Of a DNA stretch of 64,000 nt, positions 8,812 to 18,075 are shown piece after piece. This DNA is from an uncultured Candidatus Saccharibacteria bacterium (GTDB lineage: Bacteria; Patescibacteriota; Saccharimonadia; Saccharimonadales; AWTP1-31), in contig CALCZR010000060.1 of assembly GCA_937903325.1 (NCBI GenBank), forward strand, positions 146,404 through 210,403. The letters are read 5' to 3'. The notes under the pieces were generated by a model. That model was not told the origin of the DNA, searched no databases, and saw only the letters and a program-made list of their open reading frames with translations. The translations under genes and the position numbers were made by a program. Each line of letters starts with the position of its first letter. Within the stretch, counting starts at the first letter, position 1.

Positions 8812-9394
8812 ATTTCTCCTGAAACTTATGAATATCTAACCACTCCGCAACCTCGTGCCACACTTGTACTGTAGCTCGCTTTGTCGAGATCGTTCCATTT
8901 GCGTGTGCCTCAGCGATACTCTGACCATTGTCACTATCTAAGCTAATAATAGAAAGGCTTGGATGTTTTGTCTCTCCCCGTGCTTCCGTCAGTAATGTGC
9001 CAGGTATTTTGCCAACAAAGACTTTTTGTCCATCCTCGTCCTGGTAGACGATGGTTTGGGTTAACGTAACACCTCGGTTAGTGAGTGATCTTGTGAGGTT
9101 TAGAAAGTCTTTAGCAGAGAACCACGCGTTCATGGAGTGCATATATACCCCGGGAAATCCGTTAAGCCCGTCGAAGGACCAAGAGTCGTCACTAATGATC
9201 ACTGGGTGTTTTAACTTAGTGTAGATCTTGTCAGCCTTATCCCGTGCTACCTCTTCTGGATTCTCAGATTGAATTTCAGGAACTTCTGCAGCTTTTCGCT
9301 CAATCTCAATGTCACGCTCGGTCAGTGCAATATGTGCGCTACTAAACTTATCTTCGTTAGTAGTAGCAAAAATAACTTTCTTCATACCAGCCAT
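8810..9394 (-). CDS. non-canonical purine NTP pyrophosphatase (RdgB/HAM1 family)
   Basis: FATTNEDKF, PEIQSENPEEVARDKA, VIISDDSWSFDGLNGFPGVY. Confidence 0.75.
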   Translation of the reverse strand: MAGMKKVIFATTNEDKFSSAHIALTERDIEIERKAAEVPEIQSENPEEVARDKADKIYTKLKHPVIISDDSWSFDGLNGFPGVYMHSMNAWFSAKDFLNLTRSLTNRGVTLTQTIVYQDEDGQKVFVGKIPGTLLTEARGETKHPSLSIISLDSDNGQSIAEAHANGTISTKRATVQVWHEVAEWLDIHKFQEK

Positions 9395-9446
9395 TTTACC
9401 GCATTATTGCCAGATGCCCGGTTAACAGATATAATAGGCCAGTTCT

Positions 9447-9524
9447 GGTGCCTATAGCTTAGTTGGTTAAAGCGTCGGGTTGTGGTTCCGAAGATCGTGG
9501 GTTCAAGTCCCATTAGGCACCCCA
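9447..9524 (+). tRNA. tRNA-His(GUG): tRNA-His (anticodon GUG) with encoded G-1 and CCA
   Basis: G-1 opposite C73, acceptor GTGCCTA/TAGGCAC, loop TTGTGGT, T arm GTGGG-TTCAAGT-CCCAT. Confidence 0.88.
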
Positions 9525-9531
9525 CATAAAG

Positions 9532-9558
9532 ATAGTCAGCAATCGCTGGCTATTTTTT
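9532..9558 (+). terminator. intrinsic terminator after tRNA-His
   Basis: ATAGTCAGC-aatc-GCTGGCTAT (one G-T pair) followed by TTTTTT. Confidence 0.65.
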
Positions 9559-9565
9559 ATAGCCC

Positions 9566-10327
9566 TTAACGAGATAGGACGAATCGCTGCATTGCCTCAG
9601 CAAATCCGTCGTGGTCCACATCGCCCACAATGTGGTCTGCTTCGGTCTTGAGCTCGCCCATAGCATTACCCATCGCAACCTTTATACCAGCATTCATGAA
9701 TAGTGGACGGTCGTTGGTGCTATCGCCAATCGCAAGCGTTTGGTCCTTATCACTATGAACAAGCTTCCTCAGAGCGTTTACTGCGTGGAACTTATCGGAG
9801 TTAACATCAGTGATCTGGATATCAAATTCGCCGGGTCTTTCTGGATTTCCTACCCCAATGTGATACGTGACATCTAACATGTGTTCCAGAGCCTCAACGA
9901 TAGTTCCTCTATGTCGATCCTTAACAAAGGCAAACACATACGGAGCAGATTCGACGTCACCCAAATCAGCCTCTTCCGGAGGTATTTCCTGGTATGTCGG
10001 AAAGAAATCAATGATCGTTGCATGCGGCAACAATAGCTCGGCAAGCGTCCGAACCCTCTCTGGATCGAGCCAATTGCTCCATGCCAACTCTCCCGTATGG
10101 ACATTTCGGATAGATGCGCCTGCATCAAAAATACCCAGACCCCGGAATCCAATCTGCTCAAACAGGGGTTGCATCATTTCATACGGACGACCGGTAGCGG
10201 CCGTCAGTTCAATGCCTGCACTTTGGACATCATCAATAGCCTTGCGCACTGCTACAGAAGGATTATGTTGGCCGTGCCAGACTAATGTTCCATCAATATC
10301 AGTCAGAACAAGCTTTACTTCACTCAT
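9566..10327 (-). CDS. HAD-IIB (Cof-type) phosphatase
   Basis: LTDIDGTL, ATGRP, GDSTNDRPLF, KVAMGNA. Confidence 0.85.
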   Translation of the reverse strand: MSEVKLVLTDIDGTLVWHGQHNPSVAVRKAIDDVQSAGIELTAATGRPYEMMQPLFEQIGFRGLGIFDAGASIRNVHTGELAWSNWLDPERVRTLAELLLPHATIIDFFPTYQEIPPEEADLGDVESAPYVFAFVKDRHRGTIVEALEHMLDVTYHIGVGNPERPGEFDIQITDVNSDKFHAVNALRKLVHSDKDQTLAIGDSTNDRPLFMNAGIKVAMGNAMGELKTEADHIVGDVDHDGFAEAMQRFVLSR

Positions 10328-10408
10328 TCTCCTACCTTACGCGCCTCTGGACGTATTGTAAATCTATGGACTAATTAATTGACAAACTGCCGTCCTGAGA
10401 GGATAATC

Positions 10409-10477
10409 ATGCAGATGCAACGTGTAGTAGCAATCATCAAGCGAAAGAAGACCCACACGGGCCTTGTCTTGCTGTAA
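10409..10477 (+). CDS. 22-codon upstream ORF (possible leader peptide)
   Basis: GAGAGGA-N5-ATG; MQMQRVVAIIKRKKTHTGLVLL; followed by a terminator-like hairpin. Below the ORF-track cutoff. Speculative. Confidence 0.25.
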   Translation: MQMQRVVAIIKRKKTHTGLVLL

Positions 10478-10500
10478 AGAAAAACTACGAAGCAATACAC

Positions 10501-10521
10501 GGCCCCAAAGGGGTCGTTTTT
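10501..10521 (+). terminator. terminator-like hairpin inside the 5' leader of gene 10544
   Basis: GGCCCC-aaa-GGGGTC followed by GTTTTT, 22 nt before the 10544 start. Confidence 0.4.
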
Positions 10522-10543
10522 AATGCGATGCAAAAAGTAAATT

Positions 10544-11545
10544 ATGTTAAATACCGTATCACCAGAAACAACCAGTTCTATAGGCGCCGCCTGGCCACCA
10601 GTCGATGCCTCTTTTGAACGCCGCCGCGGCTTTTACATGGAAGGCGTTGTTGAGCCATCCCATGGGTCAGTGGACGATCTTGTCCAAGCGTTCCGTGACG
10701 AAGCCATGTTCACTATGCAGCCATCCGTCAAAGCCACGCGTGCAAGTATACGAGCTGTCGTAGAACCTGAAGCTATTCCACTTATCAACCAACGTTTGCC
10801 TAATGCGATTGAAGCAGCTATCCCACTCACTGGCGAACACAGTGAGCGCCACGTTCTATACCTTGGTGCCAACACTTTCTTCCGCTCACCGAGCAGTGCA
10901 ACCATAGCACAACACCTTGGGAGATTGGCACATGTTACAGCTGGCGAGACAGGTTCTGGTATAACCCAGCAAGATCTTGATGAACGCTCCATTGACTTAG
11001 GTTTTGCTACTGCCGGGCAGAAAGCAGCACTCTTCGACCAGTTCGAAGAGTTATACAGTTATTTCGGATATGGCCGAACAGATACTGAGGAGCTGCTCAA
11101 CAATCCAAATAATCTTATCGCCTACGCGCTTGACCGTGAAACGGGCAAAGTAGTTAGCTCCGCTATGGCCGAGACTGGCACCATCCCGATTCGCGGGACA
11201 GCACCCGTGACTATGATGGAGATAACCGAAGCCATAACTTTGCCAGAACATCGCAAACGAGGCCTCTACCGAATCGTCTCTGGTCTCCTTACCAGTCAGA
11301 TTGTTGACTTTGCCAAAAATGGTGCGGATCCTATCCATGCTATCTACGGCGAGTCTAACCTTGCAATGGTTGCCGTTCTCAAAGCCGCCCACCAGAACGG
11401 TCGTCGCTTTAGCGCCTTTGACGCAAGTGAACTCGGAGTGACCAATAATGCTTTTGGCATACTACCTCAGAACTTTAGTGTCAAAGACGGCGTTGAGACA
11501 CGCAGGTATAATGACTTTGCAGTGAGCTACGTACCACTACCATAG
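10544..11545 (+). CDS. hypothetical protein with a C-terminal GNAT-like acyltransferase motif
   Basis: The ITLPEHRKRGLYRIVSGLL segment resembles GNAT motif A (R/Q-x-x-G). The rest is unrecognised. Confidence 0.4.
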   Translation: MLNTVSPETTSSIGAAWPPVDASFERRRGFYMEGVVEPSHGSVDDLVQAFRDEAMFTMQPSVKATRASIRAVVEPEAIPLINQRLPNAIEAAIPLTGEHSERHVLYLGANTFFRSPSSATIAQHLGRLAHVTAGETGSGITQQDLDERSIDLGFATAGQKAALFDQFEELYSYFGYGRTDTEELLNNPNNLIAYALDRETGKVVSSAMAETGTIPIRGTAPVTMMEITEAITLPEHRKRGLYRIVSGLLTSQIVDFAKNGADPIHAIYGESNLAMVAVLKAAHQNGRRFSAFDASELGVTNNAFGILPQNFSVKDGVETRRYNDFAVSYVPLP

Positions 11546-11564
11546 TGAAAAGAAAGAAAAGTAT

Positions 11565-12245
11565 ATGAACTACCTTGCCCCACTCACAGACATGTTCACT
11601 AAGTCTAAACTCATGATCTTAGACTTTGCACGTATCCCGGCAGATTTACCCGACGACGAAAATATCCAACTGTTTTTCGACGAACAAACAAATCAAGGGA
11701 ACAATCCACGTCTGCCGGAGCACCGCCAAGTCTTTAATAACGACATGCTTTCCGCCACCAATGCGCGATATCTAGTCAGCCAATATGGCGAAGATCGCAG
11801 CGCCACGCTTGCTGGCTCTGTCATTGCCAAAGAGAGTCGTACGCTCCACATGGGAGTCGACATTTTCTCCAAAGACCTAGAAACAGTCTATGCACCCTGC
11901 GATGGTGAAATCATCCGTGCAGCATACGAGGAGCAAGATCACGGCTATGGACACTATGTAATCTTCAAGCCTAACGAGGCCGACTTCTACTTTTTCTTTG
12001 GACATCTTAGTAAAGATTTGCCAGCCTTGGCAGCCGTAAAAGCCGGCCAACCAATCGCATCACTTGGTGACTACCACGAACAAGAAAACGGGGGCTGGAC
12101 ACGACATTTGCATCTGCAAATTTGTAAAGATTTGCCGGCAGAGAGCGAAACGCCAATCGGCTATTCCACTAAAGATTCATTCGCTGAGAACAGTCAGAAA
12201 TTCCCTAACCCATTCGACTATTTCCCCGAGTGGAAGGTCTTGTAG
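11565..12245 (+). CDS. M23 family metallopeptidase
   Basis: HMGVD (HxxxD), GYGHYVIF, FFGHLS, and HLHLQI (HxH). Confidence 0.75.
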   Translation: MNYLAPLTDMFTKSKLMILDFARIPADLPDDENIQLFFDEQTNQGNNPRLPEHRQVFNNDMLSATNARYLVSQYGEDRSATLAGSVIAKESRTLHMGVDIFSKDLETVYAPCDGEIIRAAYEEQDHGYGHYVIFKPNEADFYFFFGHLSKDLPALAAVKAGQPIASLGDYHEQENGGWTRHLHLQICKDLPAESETPIGYSTKDSFAENSQKFPNPFDYFPEWKVL

Positions 12246-12417
12246 TCGCGCTTCAGCGGATCTTCATATTGATTAACTAGTATGTGAGTGTTACCAAGCA
12301 ATCCGGAACACTTAGGTAGCATACACAACCTGGTTCGATTGACACACAACAGCATTAGAACGCAGTTGCGTTCAGTGTGCGAAGCAGATTATTCAATACG
12401 TAAACAAGGAGGCGAAA

Positions 12418-12966
12418 CTGAAACAACGAATTAAACAAGGGCTGCTTGTTGGCGGAACAATGCTGAGCATTGGAGCAGCTACCGTCGGATCAATGGGACT
12501 AGCGCATGCCGCAACTAGCACCAGTACTGACACGAATCCCCAACAAAGTCTGATCGACAAACTAGTAAGCAAGTTTAACCTGAATAAGGCTGACGTGCAG
12601 AAAGTTTTCGATGAAGAACGTAGTGAGCGAGACTCAGAACGAGAGGCGCAGACGAAGACCGAACTCGATGCCTTAGTTAAAGATGGAAAGATCACACAGG
12701 GTCAAGAAGACAAGCTGATCGCTAAGGCTAAAGAGATTCAGTCACAACGTGAGGCTAATCGGGATGCTATGAAGGATAAAACCGACGCAGAACGAAAAGC
12801 AGCAATGGACAAAGAACGCGACAGCCTTAAGCAGTGGCTTAGCGACAATGGCATTGCTAGAGAATACGGGAGATTCCTAATGGGTCACGGCCCTGGCGGA
12901 CGCGGACATGGTGGCCCACCACCAAGCTACTCCACTGAATCTACCGATTCATCTACGTCAAACTAA
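12418..12966 (+). CDS. secreted charged coiled-coil protein; start ambiguous (CTG 12418 or ATG 12460)
   Basis: The track gives ATG 12460. AAGGAGG (12406-12412) sits 5 nt before an in-frame CTG 12418, which would add a basic n-region (LKQRIKQGLLVGGT) before the hydrophobic core and the AHA cleavage-like site. Confidence 0.55.
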   Translation: MKQRIKQGLLVGGTMLSIGAATVGSMGLAHAATSTSTDTNPQQSLIDKLVSKFNLNKADVQKVFDEERSERDSEREAQTKTELDALVKDGKITQGQEDKLIAKAKEIQSQREANRDAMKDKTDAERKAAMDKERDSLKQWLSDNGIAREYGRFLMGHGPGGRGHGGPPPSYSTESTDSSTSN

Positions 12967-13014
12967 GGAGATCAGGCACAGCAGCAACGTCACGGGCAAC
13001 CGTGACGTTTTGCT

Positions 13015-13608
13015 TTATATATCTACTCCTGAGAAGAGCAGTTCGTACACTTCAGTAAATGTTTCATGCTCATAGTAACTCGAGCCATAGTGAGCCTTGG
13101 CTATCTTCTGAGTTTTAGGAGTAATAAGGAACCATGCTGGCACCATAAAGAAGTTACCATCCATACTGCCTTGTGAAAAACCCTCTTTCTTCACCGAATG
13201 CACCCAATGCGGAATCTTAGACAGACTATGCGCCACCGCCTTGATTGACGGACTCACATGATACTTCTTATACAGATCCCCTTCAGGGTCGGCGATAATT
13301 GGATACGGCGGTTTTACAGCGTGACGGGCATATATATTCTCGAGAATATTCTCCTTAGAAGACTGGACTACCACAATAACCTTACAATTCTGCTTCTTGA
13401 GTATTTTGCACTCCAAACTAAGCCGATGAATAGCTAAGTTACACCATGGGCATCCTGAGTAACGCATAAAAGCAAGGAGGACGTAACTGTCTTTGTAAGC
13501 AGTCAGCATGACCCGCTCACCAAGCACACCTTCCGCATTGAGCGCAGGTGCCTTTTTGCCAGTTTTAAGTTTCAGATTGGGCATACCCTCATCATACACT
13601 GCTACCAC
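13015..13608 (-). CDS. peroxiredoxin-like / redoxin-fold protein
   Basis: YVLLAFMRYSGCPWCN: thioredoxin-fold CxxC in an AhpC/TSA-like context. Confidence 0.6.
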   Translation of the reverse strand: MVAVYDEGMPNLKLKTGKKAPALNAEGVLGERVMLTAYKDSYVLLAFMRYSGCPWCNLAIHRLSLECKILKKQNCKVIVVVQSSKENILENIYARHAVKPPYPIIADPEGDLYKKYHVSPSIKAVAHSLSKIPHWVHSVKKEGFSQGSMDGNFFMVPAWFLITPKTQKIAKAHYGSSYYEHETFTEVYELLFSGVDI

Positions 13609-13672
13609 TACAGGGTTATATTTATATACAAGAAGTGTATACTGAGATTATAAACATAAGAGTGAGGGTAGC

Positions 13673-13975
13673 ATGGGGTTATTAGATACGCTAAAGGGTT
13701 TGTTTGGTAAAAGTTCATCAGTTGCTGATGTAAACAAGGATGGGCAAGTTAACGCTGCAGATATTCAAGCGGCTGCACAAAGTGCGCCGTCTGCAGTCAG
13801 TGGTGTCGCCGATGTGAATAACGATGGCCAGGTAAATGCAGCCGATGCGCAGCAAGCCGTACAAGGTGCTCCAGAAGCTTTTAGGAATGCTGCCGACATC
13901 AATAACGATGGCCAAGTTAACACTGCAGACGCACAAGCAGCAGTTGACCAACTCAAAGACCAACTACCTAAGTAG
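13673..13975 (+). CDS. 100-aa protein made of three dockerin/EF-hand-like Ca-binding repeats
   Basis: ADVNKDGQVNAADIQ, ADVNNDGQVNAADAQ, ADINNDGQVNTADAQ, spaced about 27 aa apart. Confidence 0.6.
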   Translation: MGLLDTLKGLFGKSSSVADVNKDGQVNAADIQAAAQSAPSAVSGVADVNNDGQVNAADAQQAVQGAPEAFRNAADINNDGQVNTADAQAAVDQLKDQLPK

Positions 13976-14035
13976 TTTTTACCTCTTAGCCTTAGCAACT
14001 TCTCTGATATAATACATACTGAAAGAGAGGTTGTT

Positions 14036-15904
14036 TTGAAGAAGCTATTGATTGGTGTTGCTAAGTTTTTCGGTGAATACAAACAATTTGGTTTTACCCT
14101 ACTATCTATTGCGATTGCATTAGTACTACAGGTATTCGGTCTTAAGACTGCAGCCCATATTGTTTTAATAGTTAGTGCCCTTATTAACCTCGGACCACTT
14201 CTATGGGGAATGATCCAAGATCTCCGCGTTGGTACCTACGGAGTCGACATCCTCGCTGCCACCGCGATTGCCAGCTCCCTTCTCTTCCGTGAATACTGGA
14301 CAGCTATTATCATCGTGTTCATGTTAACTGGTGGTGAATCACTGGAAGACTACGCCGAAAAGCGTGCCCAAACCGAACTGAGCGACCTTCTTGAACGCGC
14401 CCCACAAAAGGCCCACGTACTTAAAGGTCGCCGAGAAATAGATGTGCCCGTTAACAAAGTACAGGTCGGCGATAAGCTGATTATTAAGCCAGGTGAAGTG
14501 GTACCGGTGGACGCCGTAATTTTAGAGGGGACGTCTGACTTTGACGAAGCTAGTCTAACCGGCGAAAGCTTACCAATCACTAAGACCGTAGGGCAGGACA
14601 TCTTAAGTGGTTCAATCGCAGTAGACGGTGCGGTGACCGTCAAAGCCGTCCACGCTGCAAACGATAGCCAATACAACCAAATTATTAAACTTGTTAAGTC
14701 TGCGCAGAGCAGTCGCGCACCTTTCGTACGTCTCGCCGACATATATGCCGTACCGTTTACGCTGCTTGCTTTTACCATTGCCATTGGCGCCTGGGCACTC
14801 AGTGGAGATAGTCTAAGATTCCTACAAGTACTTGTCGTAGCGACTCCCTGCCCCCTTATCTTAGGTGCCCCTATCGCCCTCGTGTCTGGTATGAGCCGAG
14901 CAGCTAAACATGGGATCATCGTAAAAAATGGTGGAGCTTTGGAGCAGCTGGCAAAAATTAAGACGCTCGGTTTCGACAAGACAGGAACGCTGACTGAGGG
15001 CGTACCAAGCATTAAGAAAGTTGAAGCATTTGGATCTTACAAGCAAAGTGACGTAGTGAGCTTCGCTGCAGCACTTGAGCAAAAGTCGAATCATGTTCTT
15101 GCCCAGACCATCGTGGACTACGCCGAGAGCAAGAAAATCAAAGCAGCCAAAGCCAAACACGTCCAAGAAGTGCCAGGTATGGGCCTCAGCTCTACTGTCA
15201 GTGGCAAAGAAGTCTTGGTTGGTAAATGGAACCTTATACAGGACAAGGATGTAACGCTTGCCAAAAGCTTCTCTCAGGCTAACGTTAAAGACACTGCTGC
15301 CTACGTAGCTATTGATGGTGTGCTTGCTGGTGTAATCACCTTCGAAGATAATGTTCGACCAGAAGCTAAAAAAACCCTGACACGTATCAAAGCATTGGGT
15401 ATCAAGCACTTACTCATGGTTACGGGCGACAACAAAACAACTGCTCAGGCTATCGCCAAGAAGCTCGGTATTGGCGATGTTATTGCCGATGCGCTGCCTG
15501 GTGACAAGTTAGTAGCCATTGAATCAGCCAAGCATACTCCTGTTGGTTTTGTAGGAGACGGAGTTAATGACGCCCCGGTTCTTACCGTAGCAAACGTTGG
15601 TATCGCCTTGGGTGCTCGTGGTTCAACCGCGGCAAGTGAATCTGCTGACGTAGTCATTCTAAAAGATGACCTTGAACAAGTTGCCGTTGGCGTAGACATT
15701 GCTAAGAAGACTATCCGCATTGCTAAGCAAGCTATACTTACTGGTATATTCCTTAGCGTCATATTAATGGTAATCTTTGCCAGTGGTAAGTTTGCCCCAA
15801 TCTACGGCGCGGCAATCCAAGAGCTAGTTGACGTAGTAGTTATCATCTACGCACTACGCGCCCACCAAGATAAGCCCTACAAGCGACTTAGAGCAAGCCG
15901 TTAG
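14036..15904 (+). CDS. heavy-metal-type (P1B) P-type ATPase without an N-terminal metal-binding domain
   Basis: DKTGTLT, TGES, transmembrane TPCP motif (VVATPCPLILG), GDGVNDAP, MVTGDN. TTG start preceded by AGAGAGG. Confidence 0.8.
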   Translation: MKKLLIGVAKFFGEYKQFGFTLLSIAIALVLQVFGLKTAAHIVLIVSALINLGPLLWGMIQDLRVGTYGVDILAATAIASSLLFREYWTAIIIVFMLTGGESLEDYAEKRAQTELSDLLERAPQKAHVLKGRREIDVPVNKVQVGDKLIIKPGEVVPVDAVILEGTSDFDEASLTGESLPITKTVGQDILSGSIAVDGAVTVKAVHAANDSQYNQIIKLVKSAQSSRAPFVRLADIYAVPFTLLAFTIAIGAWALSGDSLRFLQVLVVATPCPLILGAPIALVSGMSRAAKHGIIVKNGGALEQLAKIKTLGFDKTGTLTEGVPSIKKVEAFGSYKQSDVVSFAAALEQKSNHVLAQTIVDYAESKKIKAAKAKHVQEVPGMGLSSTVSGKEVLVGKWNLIQDKDVTLAKSFSQANVKDTAAYVAIDGVLAGVITFEDNVRPEAKKTLTRIKALGIKHLLMVTGDNKTTAQAIAKKLGIGDVIADALPGDKLVAIESAKHTPVGFVGDGVNDAPVLTVANVGIALGARGSTAASESADVVILKDDLEQVAVGVDIAKKTIRIAKQAILTGIFLSVILMVIFASGKFAPIYGAAIQELVDVVVIIYALRAHQDKPYKRLRASR

Positions 15905-16520
15905 CAATTACTGCTACGAGCAGTGGGATAAGAATATTGTCGGTGCCTGCAACACCGACATTTTCTGTTAGCGCTAGGAATACCGGCATACTGAGCATAA
16001 CGGGCAGGATGATAGCAGACGGGTGGTAATGGTTAAACAAGACGAATAGCCCAAAAGATACAACCATAAAGGTCAGCGTACCAACAACACTCTTTGTACT
16101 ACCCAGCACTTTGTAGCGATTGGCTTTACCAAACTGTGTGCCTACCAGTGCCGCCATACCATCTGCAATACTCATATGCAGCACTGCAATGGCAAAGATC
16201 CACGGCTCACGCGCAACGATAGCTGTGACACTTAACCCAACCGCGTAAAAGATGTCTCCCCAGGTTTTACGTTTTACATCTGTGATGGCGTGGAAAATAT
16301 GGTACTTATGCGAGATAGTAACACCAACCAGCATGGCTAGGCTGAGTAGTTCTATCTCTCGGAACGTCAGGAAATAGAGCCAACAAGCAACATAACTCCC
16401 TATAATAATGTGGAGTAGCTTGCGTGCTGGTTCACCGCGGAGTAGTCGTGCTCTCCAGAGAATTTCGGACAAGACTAAGAGTAGTGCGACTGGTACGACA
16501 GCCAGAGCAATTTCAAGCAT
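15888..16520 (-). CDS. polyprenol/dolichol/phytol kinase-CdsA superfamily membrane protein
   Basis: Six or more TM segments; SIADGMAALVGTQFG is typical of CTP-dependent lipid kinases/cytidylyltransferases. Overlaps the convergent ATPase gene's end by 17 nt. Confidence 0.5.
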   Translation of the reverse strand: MLEIALAVVPVALLLVLSEILWRARLLRGEPARKLLHIIIGSYVACWLYFLTFREIELLSLAMLVGVTISHKYHIFHAITDVKRKTWGDIFYAVGLSVTAIVAREPWIFAIAVLHMSIADGMAALVGTQFGKANRYKVLGSTKSVVGTLTFMVVSFGLFVLFNHYHPSAIILPVMLSMPVFLALTENVGVAGTDNILIPLLVAVIANGLL

Positions 16521-16589
16521 ATGCCCATTGTACTCTTCTGACAGAAGAAGCGCACTACAAACCAGATGAATATTTATAGGAAGTTGTGG

Positions 16590-17066
16590 TTATTGACCAA
16601 TGGCATTGGTATTAAAGTTTGCATTGGACGTATACATAGCCCAGGCAGCTTCATCGGTAGCACTAAGTTTTTGAGCTTTATCTACGTTATCTTTTACAGT
16701 TGATTCCTTTAGTTCAACGCCCTGCCCCAATTCCAAATACGGTGACCCGGCTGCCTGCGTAATCCAGGTCTCTGCTGCAATAATCTTAGCCTGACTAAGC
16801 CGTACCTTGTTTGTGATGCCGTATGTCTGGATAGCCTTACGAGCCATCTGGCTGTAATTATCTCCATCCTGGGCCACGTATTTGTATGATGCGAACTTGG
16901 GGGTTTCCGTCTTCTCCTCAGCTACCGTAACTACATTTGTTTCATCGGCCTCATGTGCCGCAACACGAACTGGAACAACCGCAGCCGCACCGGCAAAGAC
17001 TGACAGACTGTATATGAGTGACGTCAGAACACTTGTTAGTTTTTTCATAGTACCCTCTTCCACCAC
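16590..17066 (-). CDS. secreted protein, possible LysM-like module
   Basis: Signal peptide (MKKLTSVLTSLIYSLSVFAGAAA from internal Met 17048); YVAQDGDNYSQMARKA resembles LysM. Confidence 0.4.
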   Translation of the reverse strand: MVEEGTMKKLTSVLTSLIYSLSVFAGAAAVVPVRVAAHEADETNVVTVAEEKTETPKFASYKYVAQDGDNYSQMARKAIQTYGITNKVRLSQAKIIAAETWITQAAGSPYLELGQGVELKESTVKDNVDKAQKLSATDEAAWAMYTSNANFNTNAIGQ

Positions 17067-17158
17067 GTTACGTGTTAGTGCTTATATTCTACACCACAAT
17101 ATGGTTAAACATATGCTTTATGTCGTAATATTTACCCAATGCCCTAGATACAGCACTA

Positions 17159-17187
17159 TTGTTATTTTATTGAATATATGATATAAT
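17159..17187 (+). promoter_or_regulatory. sigma70-like promoter predicting a leaderless mRNA for 17194
   Basis: TTGTTA-N17-TATAAT, with the -10 ending 6 nt before the ATG and no SD in between. Confidence 0.5.
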
Positions 17188-17193
17188 TTACCT

Positions 17194-17859
17194 ATGACTC
17201 AGGCTAATGGGCGTCATGAAAGCCTCCCGCCAAAACTAATTGGTTTCTTCAACGTTGATAAAGCAACGGACTTTGCCGACCATTATATGTTACCTCGACA
17301 AAGTGTGATGTCTTCAATAGCGGCCGAGCGCCAAAGATTCACTACTGAAGAAAGAGGAGATCGCCGCTTTATTAAAAAGGCCCTTAAGGCTATCGATTTC
17401 ACCACTAATCTCGATCACAACACTACGGTAGTCCGTACTGATGTACTAATCGAGAATGCAGCAGATCAACGACAAAGGTCAGGCCTCACCTGGCATATAG
17501 ATGCCTATGAAGAAGAAACAGACAAAGGCATAGTTATTACACCTACTGGATTTATTATCGCTGCCTCTTGCTTACCCGCTCGATTCCTTGATGGCAGTAT
17601 CGACTTTTCGCCAGCGCTAACTAAAAATGAAGCTCCGGATGGCATACATAACACGACCTGGCTACTAGAAAACCGCTACGACGAAGCAGTTGGGTGCATA
17701 GACGAAGCGCTCCAAACTGGAGATGTAACCATCAGGTCATTTAGAGAGCCTGGTTCTGTAATCCAAGTCTCTCCGGGTTCAATACACATTGCAGTTAAGG
17801 CAATTGTACCTCCGTTCACAGACATACCACGACTCGTTGTTGGACAGTACCTACAATAA
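17194..17859 (+). CDS. hypothetical protein, possible cupin/2OG-Fe(II) oxygenase-like (HxD...H)
   Basis: WHIDAYEE and a distal GSIHIA. Weak motif-level guess only. Confidence 0.4.
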   Translation: MTQANGRHESLPPKLIGFFNVDKATDFADHYMLPRQSVMSSIAAERQRFTTEERGDRRFIKKALKAIDFTTNLDHNTTVVRTDVLIENAADQRQRSGLTWHIDAYEEETDKGIVITPTGFIIAASCLPARFLDGSIDFSPALTKNEAPDGIHNTTWLLENRYDEAVGCIDEALQTGDVTIRSFREPGSVIQVSPGSIHIAVKAIVPPFTDIPRLVVGQYLQ

Positions 17860-17870
17860 GTATTTGATTC

Positions 17871-17907
17871 AAAAGAAAGAACTCCGGTCTGTTTCCAAAC
17901 CGGAGTT
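17871..17907 (-). terminator. hairpin terminator after tRNA-Pro (also closes the convergent gene 17194-17859)
   Basis: AACTCCGGT-N10-ACCGGAGTT; on the minus strand it is followed by CTTTCTTTT. Confidence 0.6.
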
Positions 17908-17922
17908 CTAATAAGTATCATT

Positions 17923-17999
17923 TGGTCGGGGTGAAAGGACTCGAACCTTCGACCTGACGGTCCCAAACCGTCCGCGCTAGCCAACTGCGCCACACCCCG
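17923..17999 (-). tRNA. tRNA-Pro(UGG): tRNA-Pro (anticodon UGG), CCA encoded
   Basis: CGGGGTG/CACCCCG acceptor, anticodon stem GACGG/CCGTC, loop TTTGGGA, T arm GAAGG-TTCGAGT-CCTTT. Confidence 0.88.
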
Positions 18000-18075
18000 A
18001 GGTGAGAGAGAACTGTGTTATTTTACCAGAATAACACCGGTACGTACAGTATGTTAGGCCTTAATGTTATGTATA

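Noticed and set aside
13718-14082. Minus-strand ORFs 13718-13963 and 13765-14082.
   Set aside because: They are antisense to the dockerin-like repeat gene. The periodic repeat keeps the opposite strand open.
14350-15762. Three minus-strand ORFs (220, 182 and 105 aa) lie inside the P1B ATPase gene.
   Set aside because: They are antisense to a gene with unmistakable P-type ATPase motifs. No independent support.
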